From contig JBOEGD010000024.1 of NCBI GenBank assembly GCA_050633245.1, forward strand, positions 351,513-415,512: a DNA stretch of 64,000 nucleotides, read 5' to 3'. Source of the DNA: Calditrichia bacterium (GTDB taxonomy: Bacteria > Calditrichota > Calditrichia > RBG-13-44-9 > J075). A program made the translations under genes and the position numbers. Below, in pieces: positions 1-8,345 of this stretch (positions are counted from its first letter, which is position 1; the number at the start of each line of letters is the position of its first letter). The notes below the pieces were generated by a model. The model was not told the origin of the DNA, did no database searches, and saw only the letters and a list, made by a program, of their open reading frames with translations.

Positions 1-2322
1 CGCTGCTGTTCCATAAAAATCTATTTCATAAGTATGTCCGTTCAGGTAATTGATGTCAACGATCGTTGGTTCTATGGTTCCTTCAACTCCCTGTATAATT
101 CCCACATCAAGAATTCGCTGCCAAAGAGGTGATGGCTCCCATGCTACCGCGGGATATGCACCTCGGCCGATGACAAAATGGCCGTCGAAACGCAAGCGAT
201 ACTGATAAGAAACCGCGCTGATGGAATTTCCGACCAGGTCGAGAAAAATGTCGTTATTGCTAAGAGTATCACCTGCTGCGATTACTTCTGGAACTATAGA
301 CGTTTGACCTAAACGGAGCTCTGCAAACTCTATCTCTGATATCTCATTCTGAAAATCCTCATTGATAATATCAAAACCGAGGCGCGCGTTTTCACGTTGA
401 TTAATATAAAGATCCTGAAGTCCGTTTTCATACAGCATGCGCAGGTTGGTTAATTTGGGGGATGGGCGCAGACACAGGTTTTGTAATATTGCCGGGAATG
501 TGAGTTGTTCCGTGCCGCTGGTAAACGTTAACCGGCCTTCGAAAGGATATTTTTTGTTAGAAATGTCGATGCTGCCGCTATAAACCCCGTCTCCGGCAAG
601 AGTGTCGCCATTCTGTCCGTCATCGTAAATCTGAAATGAAAAACCTGGATCATTACCAATTAGTGCTGAGCAGGTGATTTTCACTACACCAGAGGCATGA
701 AACCCATTCAGATCGCTATAGACCTGTAGATTAGAGCTCGAACTTCCCGGTTGAATAGAGTATGTAATCCCGGGTCGCGGAGCTGATTCGCCAAAGCTTT
801 CCCGTATCGCGGAAACATTATTACGGAAGGCGATTAAACCCGACAAATTGTCTTCCTGTTCATCATTGAAGCCACCTACCAATGCGTAAATAACTTCCTG
901 CGTGTCGCTGTTAGCGAGTGTAAAGGGGCCGGAGTTCAGAAAAACAGCGCGATCCTCTTTGGAAAGATTATCACCTGTTGCATCCAGATCACCAAGCTGT
1001 ACCACCGGATTTCCGTCGAGAGGAAAGAAAGTCTGTTCTCCGGCTTGGGGGCCAGATCGGTAAACCTGTGCTATTTGAATACTGGTATCCGGTTCCGGGA
1101 GATAACCGCGCAGCCAGTTATACCAACGCTGTGGAGTGATTCCCGGGGCAATCTGACCGGAAAAGATATCTTCATCGGACGGGCTGTTACCGCCACGATA
1201 CGTAAAGGAGCTCATTGGAATATTGCGATAACCATCTCGCGTTCTAAAATCGAACTGTGCTTGCTCTCCGGGAGCTTCTGACAACGGCCCTTGAAGTAGT
1301 GTAACACCAAATGCAGGTGTTCCCACTCCCTGAGTGCCCACATCAATGACTGTACCGTTGTAAACATATACTAACTGCTCACTGCTGTCTGAGCCAGCCA
1401 GATCATTATTAAACTCGCCGATTTCGATATCGGAAAAGTATGATAAGTACATCTGTTCTATATCATAACCGGATTTATTTAATATTCGATAGCGGCGAAA
1501 TATAGCATTCTCATTTGCCGTGTTGACTGTAGCACTGCGATTCCACTGCGTGACCTGTAGTTCGAGTCCGACTGGTTCTGAACCAAAAACCTGAGCATTT
1601 GGTCCGGTGGCCAGATCGTGGCATACGAACCAGATAACCTGTTCGGCATTATCAAGACCCGGTTCGTCGACTCCAGGATCCCATTGTCCATTATTGTTGA
1701 GGTCATAATAGGGAGCTCCAAGATCTCCGGGCCAGTTTTCCCAATCAAATTTATATTGATTCAAGACTTGGCGTTCCTGAGCGGGTGTCACATTGGAAAA
1801 AGAAATATCGAACAAAGCTGCTGCTTCAACCCGAACTTCGGTTAGGCCTTCGATGGGGTTACCATTGCCATCGAAGAATTGCTGCCAGTCTCGGCGAATT
1901 CGATAGATCCTAACGCGCGGGTCGGAGGAAGAAATAGCTATTGGTGGAGAGGTGGTCGTTCCAGGTGTCTCAATCCAACCTTCACTTGTAGCGCTTTCAT
2001 AAAGTTGTCCTCCGGTGCGCAGTGGATTGCCAGCCGCAGGATTCGTAACGATACCGCTCCAAACCACACCGCTTGCAAATACGGTCGACAGGGCACTGCC
2101 CGGGTAGCTTGAGCCGGAAAAAGAGAAAGGACTTTGATCTGCAAGGCCATTGTTTTGTAGCCAGGCGTAAACCTGGTTTTTAGTGCTAATGCTTGATTGA
2201 AGTGCATTGAAATGTTGAGTTGCTTGCAGAGCCGTTTTATTCGGCATTTGAGCGAAAAGGTTGTTGGCGATTACAAAGATGAACGTAAATAGCCAATGAA
2301 TTGATGTTGAATTGCTTTGCAT
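1..2322 (-). CDS. Partial large secreted protein (runs off window edge); paralog of 8346/10707/35739 genes with a choice-of-anchor X-like motif
   Basis: Absent from the ORF track, presumably because no stop falls inside the window. Manual translation from ATG 2322 (AGGA RBS) gives MQSNSTSIHWLFTFIFVIANNLFAQ...TVFASGVVWSGIVTNPAAGNPLRTGGQ. Near 580-640 it reads FQIYDDGQNGDTLAGDGVYSG. Frame spot-checked, not every codon. Confidence 0.85.
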   Translation of the reverse strand, partial: MQSNSTSIHWLFTFIFVIANNLFAQMPNKTALQATQHFNALQSSISTKNQVYAWLQNNGLADQSPFSFSGSSYPGSALSTVFASGVVWSGIVTNPAAGNPLRTGGQLYESATSEGWIETPGTTTSPPIAISSSDPRVRIYRIRRDWQQFFDGNGNPIEGLTEVRVEAAALFDISFSNVTPAQERQVLNQYKFDWENWPGDLGAPYYDLNNNGQWDPGVDEPGLDNAEQVIWFVCHDLATGPNAQVFGSEPVGLELQVTQWNRSATVNTANENAIFRRYRILNKSGYDIEQMYLSYFSDIEIGEFNNDLAGSDSSEQLVYVYNGTVIDVGTQGVGTPAFGVTLLQGPLSEAPGEQAQFDFRTRDGYRNIPMSSFTYRGGNSPSDEDIFSGQIAPGITPQRWYNWLRGYLPEPDTSIQIAQVYRSGPQAGEQTFFPLDGNPVVQLGDLDATGDNLSKEDRAVFLNSGPFTLANSDTQEVIYALVGGFNDEQEDNLSGLIAFRNNVSAIRESFGESAPRPGITYSIQPGSSSSNLQVYSDLNGFHASGVVKITCSALIGNDPGFSFQIYDDGQNGDTLAGDGVYSGSIDISNKKYPFEGRLTFTSGTEQLTFPAILQNLCLRPSPKLTNLRMLYENGLQDLYINQRENARLGFDIINEDFQNEISEIEFAELRLGQTSIVPEVIAAGDTLSNNDIFLDLVGNSISAVSYQYRLRFDGHFVIGRGAYPAVAWEPSPLWQRILDVGIIQGVEGTIEPTIVDINYLNGHTYEIDFYGTAA

Positions 2323-2487
2323 GCGTTCCTGTGCTCGTTTAATTCAGAAATAAAATATAAATAAAAAGTGGATTAAAACGAATCCTTTTGACGTAAAGAA
2401 TGTGTTTGACTATTTATCAATATCGCCAAAGGCAAGAATGGTCTGAAAACAAAGGTGTGGTGTTGGCTTTGAGAGTGGGGGCTTGAA

Positions 2488-2590
2488 ACTGGAGCAGTTT
2501 AAGAGACTGGAGCAGTTTAAGAGACTGGAGCAGTTTAAGAGACTGGAGCAGTTTAAGAGACTGGAGCAGTTTTCAAAACTGCTCCAGTCT
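2488..2590. repeat. REP-like palindrome preceded by 4 tandem 18-bp copies of its left arm
   Basis: ACTGGAGCAGTTTAAGAG starts at 2488, 2506, 2524 and 2542. A perfect inverted repeat AGACTGGAGCAGTTTT-C-AAAACTGCTCCAGTCT follows at 2558-2590. Confidence 0.9.
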
Positions 2591-2596
2591 AGTCGC

Positions 2597-3190
2597 TTAC
2601 TGCGTTTTCAGTGTCTGAGACATATCAGTTATTGCTTCATCAACAACAGTTTTCAAACTTGCACTGATCGCCTTAACTACTGCAAGTGGAGATCGCTCCG
2701 TTGCCGGTGTGCGTTCGGTTATGTCTTTGCGCCAGACAATCTTGCGCGTTTTGACATCCAGTAGCTCGAAGGCGATGGAAACATTGCCGTACCAGGCATT
2801 TGCTTCATCCCACTCCTCGAGTGCATTTACCTTTGCTTGTAAAATATAATCCGGAATGGCCGTTGACGGCAGGCCAATCACGTTTTCAAAAGCACCGGAG
2901 GACTGAATTTGCTTTAGCACTTGATCGTGGACGATCTTACGTGGTGCCGCGGCCCAACGACGATAGTGATAGTACTGTAGCTCATAGGGGGAATCGCGAT
3001 AAACAAGACGGTCGCCGGAGTATACAATATCTGCCTCGAATGATTTAATGCCGAGCGTTACCGGGATACTGCTTGCTGATGCTTCAGGCATATCATAATT
3101 CAGGCTATAGTAAAACGTTTTGGGCGTGCCGCCACAGCTTATCAGCAGAGATGAAAGTAACAGGGCGGTAATTAAATGAAATCTTTTCAC
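2597..3190 (-). CDS. PqiC-family ABC transport auxiliary lipoprotein
   Basis: Lipobox LLISC, YY.L motif, YHYRRWAAAP; last gene of the Mce operon. Confidence 0.85.
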   Translation of the reverse strand: MKRFHLITALLLSSLLISCGGTPKTFYYSLNYDMPEASASSIPVTLGIKSFEADIVYSGDRLVYRDSPYELQYYHYRRWAAAPRKIVHDQVLKQIQSSGAFENVIGLPSTAIPDYILQAKVNALEEWDEANAWYGNVSIAFELLDVKTRKIVWRKDITERTPATERSPLAVVKAISASLKTVVDEAITDMSQTLKTQ

Positions 3191-3219
3191 GGTCTATATC
3201 TCCGATAGTTGTTTGCTTG

Positions 3220-4116
3220 TTACGGTAAATCGCGCTCAGATGGTGCAGCTTTGCGAATCAACATCCATGGACGTTCTTTCAGCATGCGAGTAATGTCTTC
3301 CAGGTTTTGAGAGGAAATTTGATAGCTATCAAGTATTTCAACGACGTTTGCATTGTTCGAATCGATAAGCGTCTGTAAGCTGGCCAATGTAAGCTGCATG
3401 TTAGAAAGCAGTTCATTCGACTGATCACTTGAATTTTTCAGATTGGCAAGAATTCCGTCGATGTTGCCTTTGTTGCCGTTAAACGTGCCATCAAGCGAAC
3501 CAGTCAGCTTATTCAACCTTTCGCTGAGTATGCGGAAGTTGCGCACAGTCTCGGACATTTGAAGTCGGCTGTCAGACATCAGCGTATCCATATTGCCAAC
3601 TATTGATGTAAGATGACTCTGGTTGTCGTTTCCCAGGAAGCTGTTAACTTGGGTCATTAACGTTTGTAACTCACCGGTTATGTTGCCCATGTCTTCAGCC
3701 AGCTGCGGAAAACCAGCTACTTCTTTGGTTGGAATAACGCTTTCTGTCGGAAGAAGGCTGGAGCTATTACTACCCGGACTTATTTCAATGTGATTTTCCG
3801 ACATGATGCCAAGTGCAGTGATAAAAGCGCGCGAGTCTACCCGAACCGGAATGTCTTCATTTACAATGATCTGTACTTCAATAGGGGCTGCTTCATTATC
3901 GGTTAATCCGATGCTGGTAACTTGTCCAACATCCATACCGACATATTTCACCAGTGAACCTTCAGTAATTCCGCCGATATACTCCAAATTGAGTTTATAG
4001 TCGTTTGTGCTGTTACCAACACCGATGCCGAAGATGGTTACCAGAAAGAGGGTTAGAAGTGCCAGACTGACAACGAGCATCAGACCGGTTTTGATTTCAT
4101 TCGATTTGTATTCCAT
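3220..4116 (-). CDS. mlaD: MlaD/Mce-family substrate-binding protein
   Basis: N-terminal TM, GGITEGSLVKYVGMDVGQV MCE motif, long helical C-terminus. Confidence 0.9.
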   Translation of the reverse strand: MEYKSNEIKTGLMLVVSLALLTLFLVTIFGIGVGNSTNDYKLNLEYIGGITEGSLVKYVGMDVGQVTSIGLTDNEAAPIEVQIIVNEDIPVRVDSRAFITALGIMSENHIEISPGSNSSSLLPTESVIPTKEVAGFPQLAEDMGNITGELQTLMTQVNSFLGNDNQSHLTSIVGNMDTLMSDSRLQMSETVRNFRILSERLNKLTGSLDGTFNGNKGNIDGILANLKNSSDQSNELLSNMQLTLASLQTLIDSNNANVVEILDSYQISSQNLEDITRMLKERPWMLIRKAAPSERDLP

Positions 4117-4200
4117 GGCGTGCGACCACTCTTGTATTGATAATTGATGATTTATTATTGGTGATTAACAACGGAACTCAGAACTCAGAATTACATTGTA

Positions 4201-4995
4201 TCATGTTCCGAATATCGTATTCAAATACGCATCCCGATCAATTTCTTCGGTATCCGGAACCCGATCAAAAAACTGGGTGATAATGTCATTGTTGCTGTTT
4301 CGCAACTCATCCGGAGTTCCCACGGCTAAAACCTTGCCCTCGTGCATCATTGCAATTCGATCTGCAATCAGGAACACCGATGCAAGCTCGTGTGTTACAA
4401 CGACGGTGGTCATGTTAAAGGCTTTTTTCAGCCGAATAACCAGATTGTCGATACCTGCTGCAACAACCGGATCGAGACCGGCGGAGGGTTCATCGCAGAA
4501 CAGAATCTCCGGGTCGATAGCAATTGCTCGAGCAAGACCAGCGCGCTTTTTCATTCCACCGGAAAGCTGAGACGGCATAAAGTTATCGAACCCGGATAAT
4601 CCGACCGACTCGAGCTTCATACGCATCATAATCTGAATAATGCTTTCCTCCAGGTCGGTGTGCTCGCGGATCGGAAGCGAAACGTTTTCGCCGACCGTCA
4701 TCGAGTTAAAGAGTGCTGCGGACTGAAACAGCATGCCGACTTTCTTCAGAATCTCAACTTTGTCATCGCCATCAACCTTCCCGATATCCTGCCCCTTAAT
4801 GAGGATTTCCCCACCAGCCGGTTTATATAAACCGATCATATGACGAAGAAAGGTACTTTTACCGCAACCGGATCGACCGAGGATAACCATTGTTTCGCCG
4901 GGATAAATGTCCAGGCTTACGCCGTCCAGAACAACGCGTTCTCCATAGGTGGCAATAAGATTGCGCACCTGAATAATTGGTTCTTTTTCTTCCAT
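4201..4995 (-). CDS. mlaF: MlaF/Mkl-family ABC ATPase
   Basis: Walker A GRSGCGKS, LSGGMKKRAGLARAIA, DEPSAGLDP, VTHEL. Confidence 0.93.
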   Translation of the reverse strand: MEEKEPIIQVRNLIATYGERVVLDGVSLDIYPGETMVILGRSGCGKSTFLRHMIGLYKPAGGEILIKGQDIGKVDGDDKVEILKKVGMLFQSAALFNSMTVGENVSLPIREHTDLEESIIQIMMRMKLESVGLSGFDNFMPSQLSGGMKKRAGLARAIAIDPEILFCDEPSAGLDPVVAAGIDNLVIRLKKAFNMTTVVVTHELASVFLIADRIAMMHEGKVLAVGTPDELRNSNNDIITQFFDRVPDTEEIDRDAYLNTIFGT

Positions 4996-4998
4996 ATC

Positions 4999-5796
4999 CT
5001 ATAACACTGAGTAAAATAAAACGGTGAAGAAAAGGTCTGCCAGGATTATCAGAAAGATGGATACAACAACCGACTTCGTTGTTGCTTGTCCAACACTATC
5101 TGCACCGCCACTGGCGGAAAATCCCTGATAGACGCCATTTATTGCAATGATGCCTGCAAATACAAAGCTCTTAATTAGTCCGCTGGACAAGTCTTTGATT
5201 GTCAGGGCAGACTCAACTTGATTCAAATAGCGAACGCTGGTAAGATCCAGTGAGGTCATGGCAAAAAGATAACCTCCGGCAATTCCCAGAAAGTCTGCGA
5301 TAATCGTAAGGCAGGGCAGCATAACCAACATCGCCAAGGTGCGCGGTACAACCAAAAAGTGAATAGGGTTAAATCCCATTGTCTGTAGCGCATCCACCTC
5401 TTCTGAAACCTTCATGGTGGCAATTTCGGCGCTGATAGCGGAGCCCGAGCGTCCGGCAATGATGATGGCCGTTAGCAGCGGGGCTAATTCACGAACGGTT
5501 GAAACCGTTGAAAGATTTGCCACATAGATTGTTGCACCAAACTGCTCCAGCTGATAGGCAGACTGCATGGCAATAATCATCCCTACAAAAAAGGCGATCA
5601 CCGAAACGATCGGAATTGAGTCAAAACCCATATAGGTTGCCTGCTGCAGCGTGCTGGGCCAGCGAATCTTTTTTCCCTTAAACGGGGCAATTAGCATCCA
5701 GTAAAAGACATCCTGCACCATCTGGATGATATTTCCGCCGGTTTGAAGGAGCTCAAACGTTCTGCGGCCGATATGTCCAAAAATACGATTCGTCAG
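4999..5796 (-). CDS. mlaE: MlaE-family ABC permease (start extended to a probable CTG at 5796)
   Basis: RELAPLLTAIIIAGRSGSAISAEIATMKVSEEVDAL motif. The frame is open upstream of ATG 5721 and encodes a typical MlaE N-terminus (RIFGHIGRRT). GGAGG lies 8 nt before CTG 5796. Confidence 0.88.
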   Translation of the reverse strand: MTNRIFGHIGRRTFELLQTGGNIIQMVQDVFYWMLIAPFKGKKIRWPSTLQQATYMGFDSIPIVSVIAFFVGMIIAMQSAYQLEQFGATIYVANLSTVSTVRELAPLLTAIIIAGRSGSAISAEIATMKVSEEVDALQTMGFNPIHFLVVPRTLAMLVMLPCLTIIADFLGIAGGYLFAMTSLDLTSVRYLNQVESALTIKDLSSGLIKSFVFAGIIAINGVYQGFSASGGADSVGQATTKSVVVSIFLIILADLFFTVLFYSVL

Positions 5797-5799
5797 AAC

Positions 5800-6138
5800 T
5801 TAACCCTCCACGCCTATCGCCGCGTCAACCGTCTGATGGATATCAAAAACCTGATCTAAACGACTTAATTCAAATACGCTTAAGACTTCTGGTGTAACTG
5901 CGGCAAGAGCAAATGAACCTTTATAGCCACCAGTCTTTTGCAGGGCTTCTACCAGTGTTGCAAGTCCGGAACTGTCCATATAGCTAACGCCTGACAGGTC
6001 CACAACAATACGGTTAGCTTTAACATCCGTAAGCCCGTTTAGAGCTTCCCGTAGCTTGGGCGATGAGTATAGGTCGACTTCGCCTGATACGGCGATAACT
6101 TTTGCTGCACCCTTTTCGGCGGTATCCACGTTAATCAT
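5800..6138 (-). CDS. STAS-domain anti-anti-sigma factor (RsbV/SpoIIAA-like, possibly MlaB-like)
   Basis: GEVDLYSSPKLR and VDLSGVSYMDSSGLATLV with the phosphorylatable Ser. Confidence 0.92.
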   Translation of the reverse strand: MINVDTAEKGAAKVIAVSGEVDLYSSPKLREALNGLTDVKANRIVVDLSGVSYMDSSGLATLVEALQKTGGYKGSFALAAVTPEVLSVFELSRLDQVFDIHQTVDAAIGVEG

Positions 6139-6583
6139 TTTCCTGCTTTCTGCCGGGCAAATATTTCACCAGCTTTAATTTGTTTCCATCTTCTTTACTA
6201 TAGCTGAATTCAACTTCATCCATAACGGATTGGATCAAGTGCACGCCAAGTCCGCCGGGACGTATGTCGTCCAGATCGCGAGACTTGATAACTGCTTTAT
6301 CCACTTCTTCTCCAAAATCCTGTAAAACGATTTGCAGTCGGTCTTCGTGAACCTCGCAGAAAACGTTAATTGGCTGATCATCAGCGCCTTTGTAAGAATG
6401 ACGTATGATGTTGGCAACTGCTTCGTCTACGGCTAAAATCAACTCGTTGCGACCAGCATCTGAAAATTCACATAGATGGCAAAGATGCTGAATGCCGCAT
6501 CGCACGATCTTTAGCAGTTTTGGATGGCTTTCCACGCGTATTTCAACAGAAGTCAAATTGCGCTCCAGATTATCTATTGCCAT
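6131..6583 (-). CDS. RsbW/SpoIIAB-like anti-sigma Ser kinase (HATPase_c_2)
   Basis: LAVDEAVANIIRHSY, QDFG, RPGGLGVHLIQSVMDEV. Confidence 0.9.
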   Translation of the reverse strand: MAIDNLERNLTSVEIRVESHPKLLKIVRCGIQHLCHLCEFSDAGRNELILAVDEAVANIIRHSYKGADDQPINVFCEVHEDRLQIVLQDFGEEVDKAVIKSRDLDDIRPGGLGVHLIQSVMDEVEFSYSKEDGNKLKLVKYLPGRKQEND

Positions 6584-7908
6584 TTCAGCACGACAATGGT
6601 TACATCATCTCGCCATTGTTCGTCGCCGGTAAATTTTCGAATATCGTCCATTAAATATTCTATCAACTTCTCTGGTGTGGCAGAAGAGTTGTTAAAAAGC
6701 TCCAGAACACGTTCGAGTGAATACTCGCTGCTGTCCGGCGCCTTTGCTTCAGTGACACCGTCGGTAATCATTATCAGATAGTCGCCGGTAGATAACGTTA
6801 TTTCTGATTCCTCATACGTTATGTCTGCCAGAATGCCAAGAGGAACTCCTGCGGAGTCTTCCACAAGCGCGCTGGTATTTGCTGCTTGCTTAACATGAAT
6901 AAGTGGAATATGTCCGGCATTGGCGAAAGTAAAACAGCCACTCTTGGTATTCAATATTCCATAGAGAGAGGTAACAAACATACCGCGCTGACTACGTTCT
7001 TGCAGGGTGTTATTCATATCGGACAGTAAGATGCCGGCATCGCGGTATTCCTGCGTATAAAGACGAAAATCGCTTATCATGCGTGCCATAAACAGCGCTG
7101 CTGGCACACCTTTCCCGGAAATGTCACCTATAATCAGCCCCATACGATCTTCATCAAAATCGATGAAATCGTAGAAGTCTCCACCTACCGAGCGCGCAGC
7201 CAGACTTTCTGCTGCGATGGAAAATGACTGTCCTTCGATGGTTGGAATGTTTTCCGGCATAAAACTCTGTTGAATAGACTGGGCGGCCTCTAACTGTTGA
7301 TCCAGTCGTTGTTTTTCGAGCTGTAGTTGAACCATACGGGCGTTTTCAATTGCCAGTGCAACGGATCTACAAAATGCGATAAATAGTTCAAGGTCAGCAT
7401 TGTCGAATGGTTCGCCGTCTATGCGGTTGATTACCTCTGCGATTCCGATGATGCGGTCTTTAACGATCAGCGGAACTGCCAGAATGGATTTCGTTGTAAA
7501 TCCGGTTTCTTTATCGATTGCCGAATTGAATCGCGGATCTTGCTGAGCATCGGGAATTACCTCTGCTATACCGCTGGTTGCTACGCTACCGGCTATTCCC
7601 TGTCCAAGCTGGAGTTCAATCATCTCAATCTTGTCACCTGCTTCGCCCAATGCTACAGGGCATTCCAGAACGTTGCGGTTTTCATTGATAATCATAACCG
7701 AACTGGCCTCGGCATGCATAACCTTCTGCGCCTTTTCCATTACCAGCCGAATAAGATCGTCCAGATTGAGCGTGGAAGTAATTATAGCTCCAACTTCGAT
7801 AAGACCAGAAAGCGCTGCAACTCTGGCCTTTAGCTCATCCCGTTCACGCAGAAGCTCTTCTACGTCGATAGCTTTATCTTTGGGTGACGTTTGGTTTGGC
7901 ATGCTCAT
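6574..7908 (-). CDS. GAF + PP2C/SpoIIE phosphatase (RsbU-like)
   Basis: GAF (GQGIAGSVA...DPRF...SILAVPL), then VGGDFYDF, GDISGKGVPAALFMA, TDGVTEA, DDVT. Confidence 0.93.
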   Translation of the reverse strand: MSMPNQTSPKDKAIDVEELLRERDELKARVAALSGLIEVGAIITSTLNLDDLIRLVMEKAQKVMHAEASSVMIINENRNVLECPVALGEAGDKIEMIELQLGQGIAGSVATSGIAEVIPDAQQDPRFNSAIDKETGFTTKSILAVPLIVKDRIIGIAEVINRIDGEPFDNADLELFIAFCRSVALAIENARMVQLQLEKQRLDQQLEAAQSIQQSFMPENIPTIEGQSFSIAAESLAARSVGGDFYDFIDFDEDRMGLIIGDISGKGVPAALFMARMISDFRLYTQEYRDAGILLSDMNNTLQERSQRGMFVTSLYGILNTKSGCFTFANAGHIPLIHVKQAANTSALVEDSAGVPLGILADITYEESEITLSTGDYLIMITDGVTEAKAPDSSEYSLERVLELFNNSSATPEKLIEYLMDDIRKFTGDEQWRDDVTIVVLKWQ

Positions 7909-8149
7909 AATTCGTTAATGCTTTGTGATTGACTGAACACATTCCCTCGGAAGATATCCTTATTCAAAAGAGGCTGAGAAACTCCTGATTTTCTCAGTAT
8001 GACTAATGCTAACACTAAGGAGAAAAATCGTGTCACCGTAGATCACAAATTTCCAAAATCGATTTCTTGACGATTCGTCTTTGAGGGGAGCTTCGACTAA
8101 ACATATAGCGTGGGAGAACAGTCGAGTTATGAGAGAAGCAAGATGTAAA

Positions 8150-8210
8150 TTGCCTATTGCCTATTGCCTAATTCGCTCATTTCACATTTCACAATCACTT
8201 TTCACCTTTT
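8150..8210. repeat. Composite short tandem repeat (TTGCCTA)3 + TTTCAC-type heptamers
   Basis: ttgccta x3, then tttcaca tttcaca atcactt ttcacct. It is the reverse-complement counterpart of the 24474 tract. Confidence 0.7.
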
Positions 8211-8253
8211 ACTATTAGTTCCTAAAGCCGGGTAAACCATGAACTTCTTTAAA

Positions 8254-8299
8254 TAAAAAAGAATGCCCTCCAAATATCCATCCCGGAATTCGAAGGGCA
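8254..8299 (-). terminator. Intrinsic terminator, homologous to 10616-10661
   Basis: Minus strand TGCCCTTCGAATTCC-GGGAT-GGATATTTGGAGGGCA followed by TTCTTTTTT. Confidence 0.8.
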
Positions 8300-8345
8300 C
8301 CGCTCTTACCGCTGGTTTTGCAGTTAACTCTACTTTCGACTAAAC

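Noticed and set aside
1045-2207. Short ORFs listed in the track at the window start
   Set aside because: They overlap the long minus-strand gene 1-2322 in other frames. The same applies to most short antisense ORFs elsewhere in the track.
2488-2590. CRISPR array
   Set aside because: The 18-bp units abut with no unique spacers, and there are no cas genes in the window.
2483-2764. ORF with LEQFKR repeats (and the similar ORF at 38762-38947)
   Set aside because: These are translations of the DNA repeat. The first overlaps the PqiC-like gene antisense, and neither has a convincing RBS.
5800-5802. Selenocysteine or pyrrolysine recoding between STAS and mlaE
   Set aside because: The stop is TAA, not TGA or TAG.
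7910-8150. Riboswitch in the leader of the rsb-mla operon
   Set aside because: Only a small hairpin (about 7975-7997) is visible and no known aptamer motif was recognised; an Rfam search would be needed.
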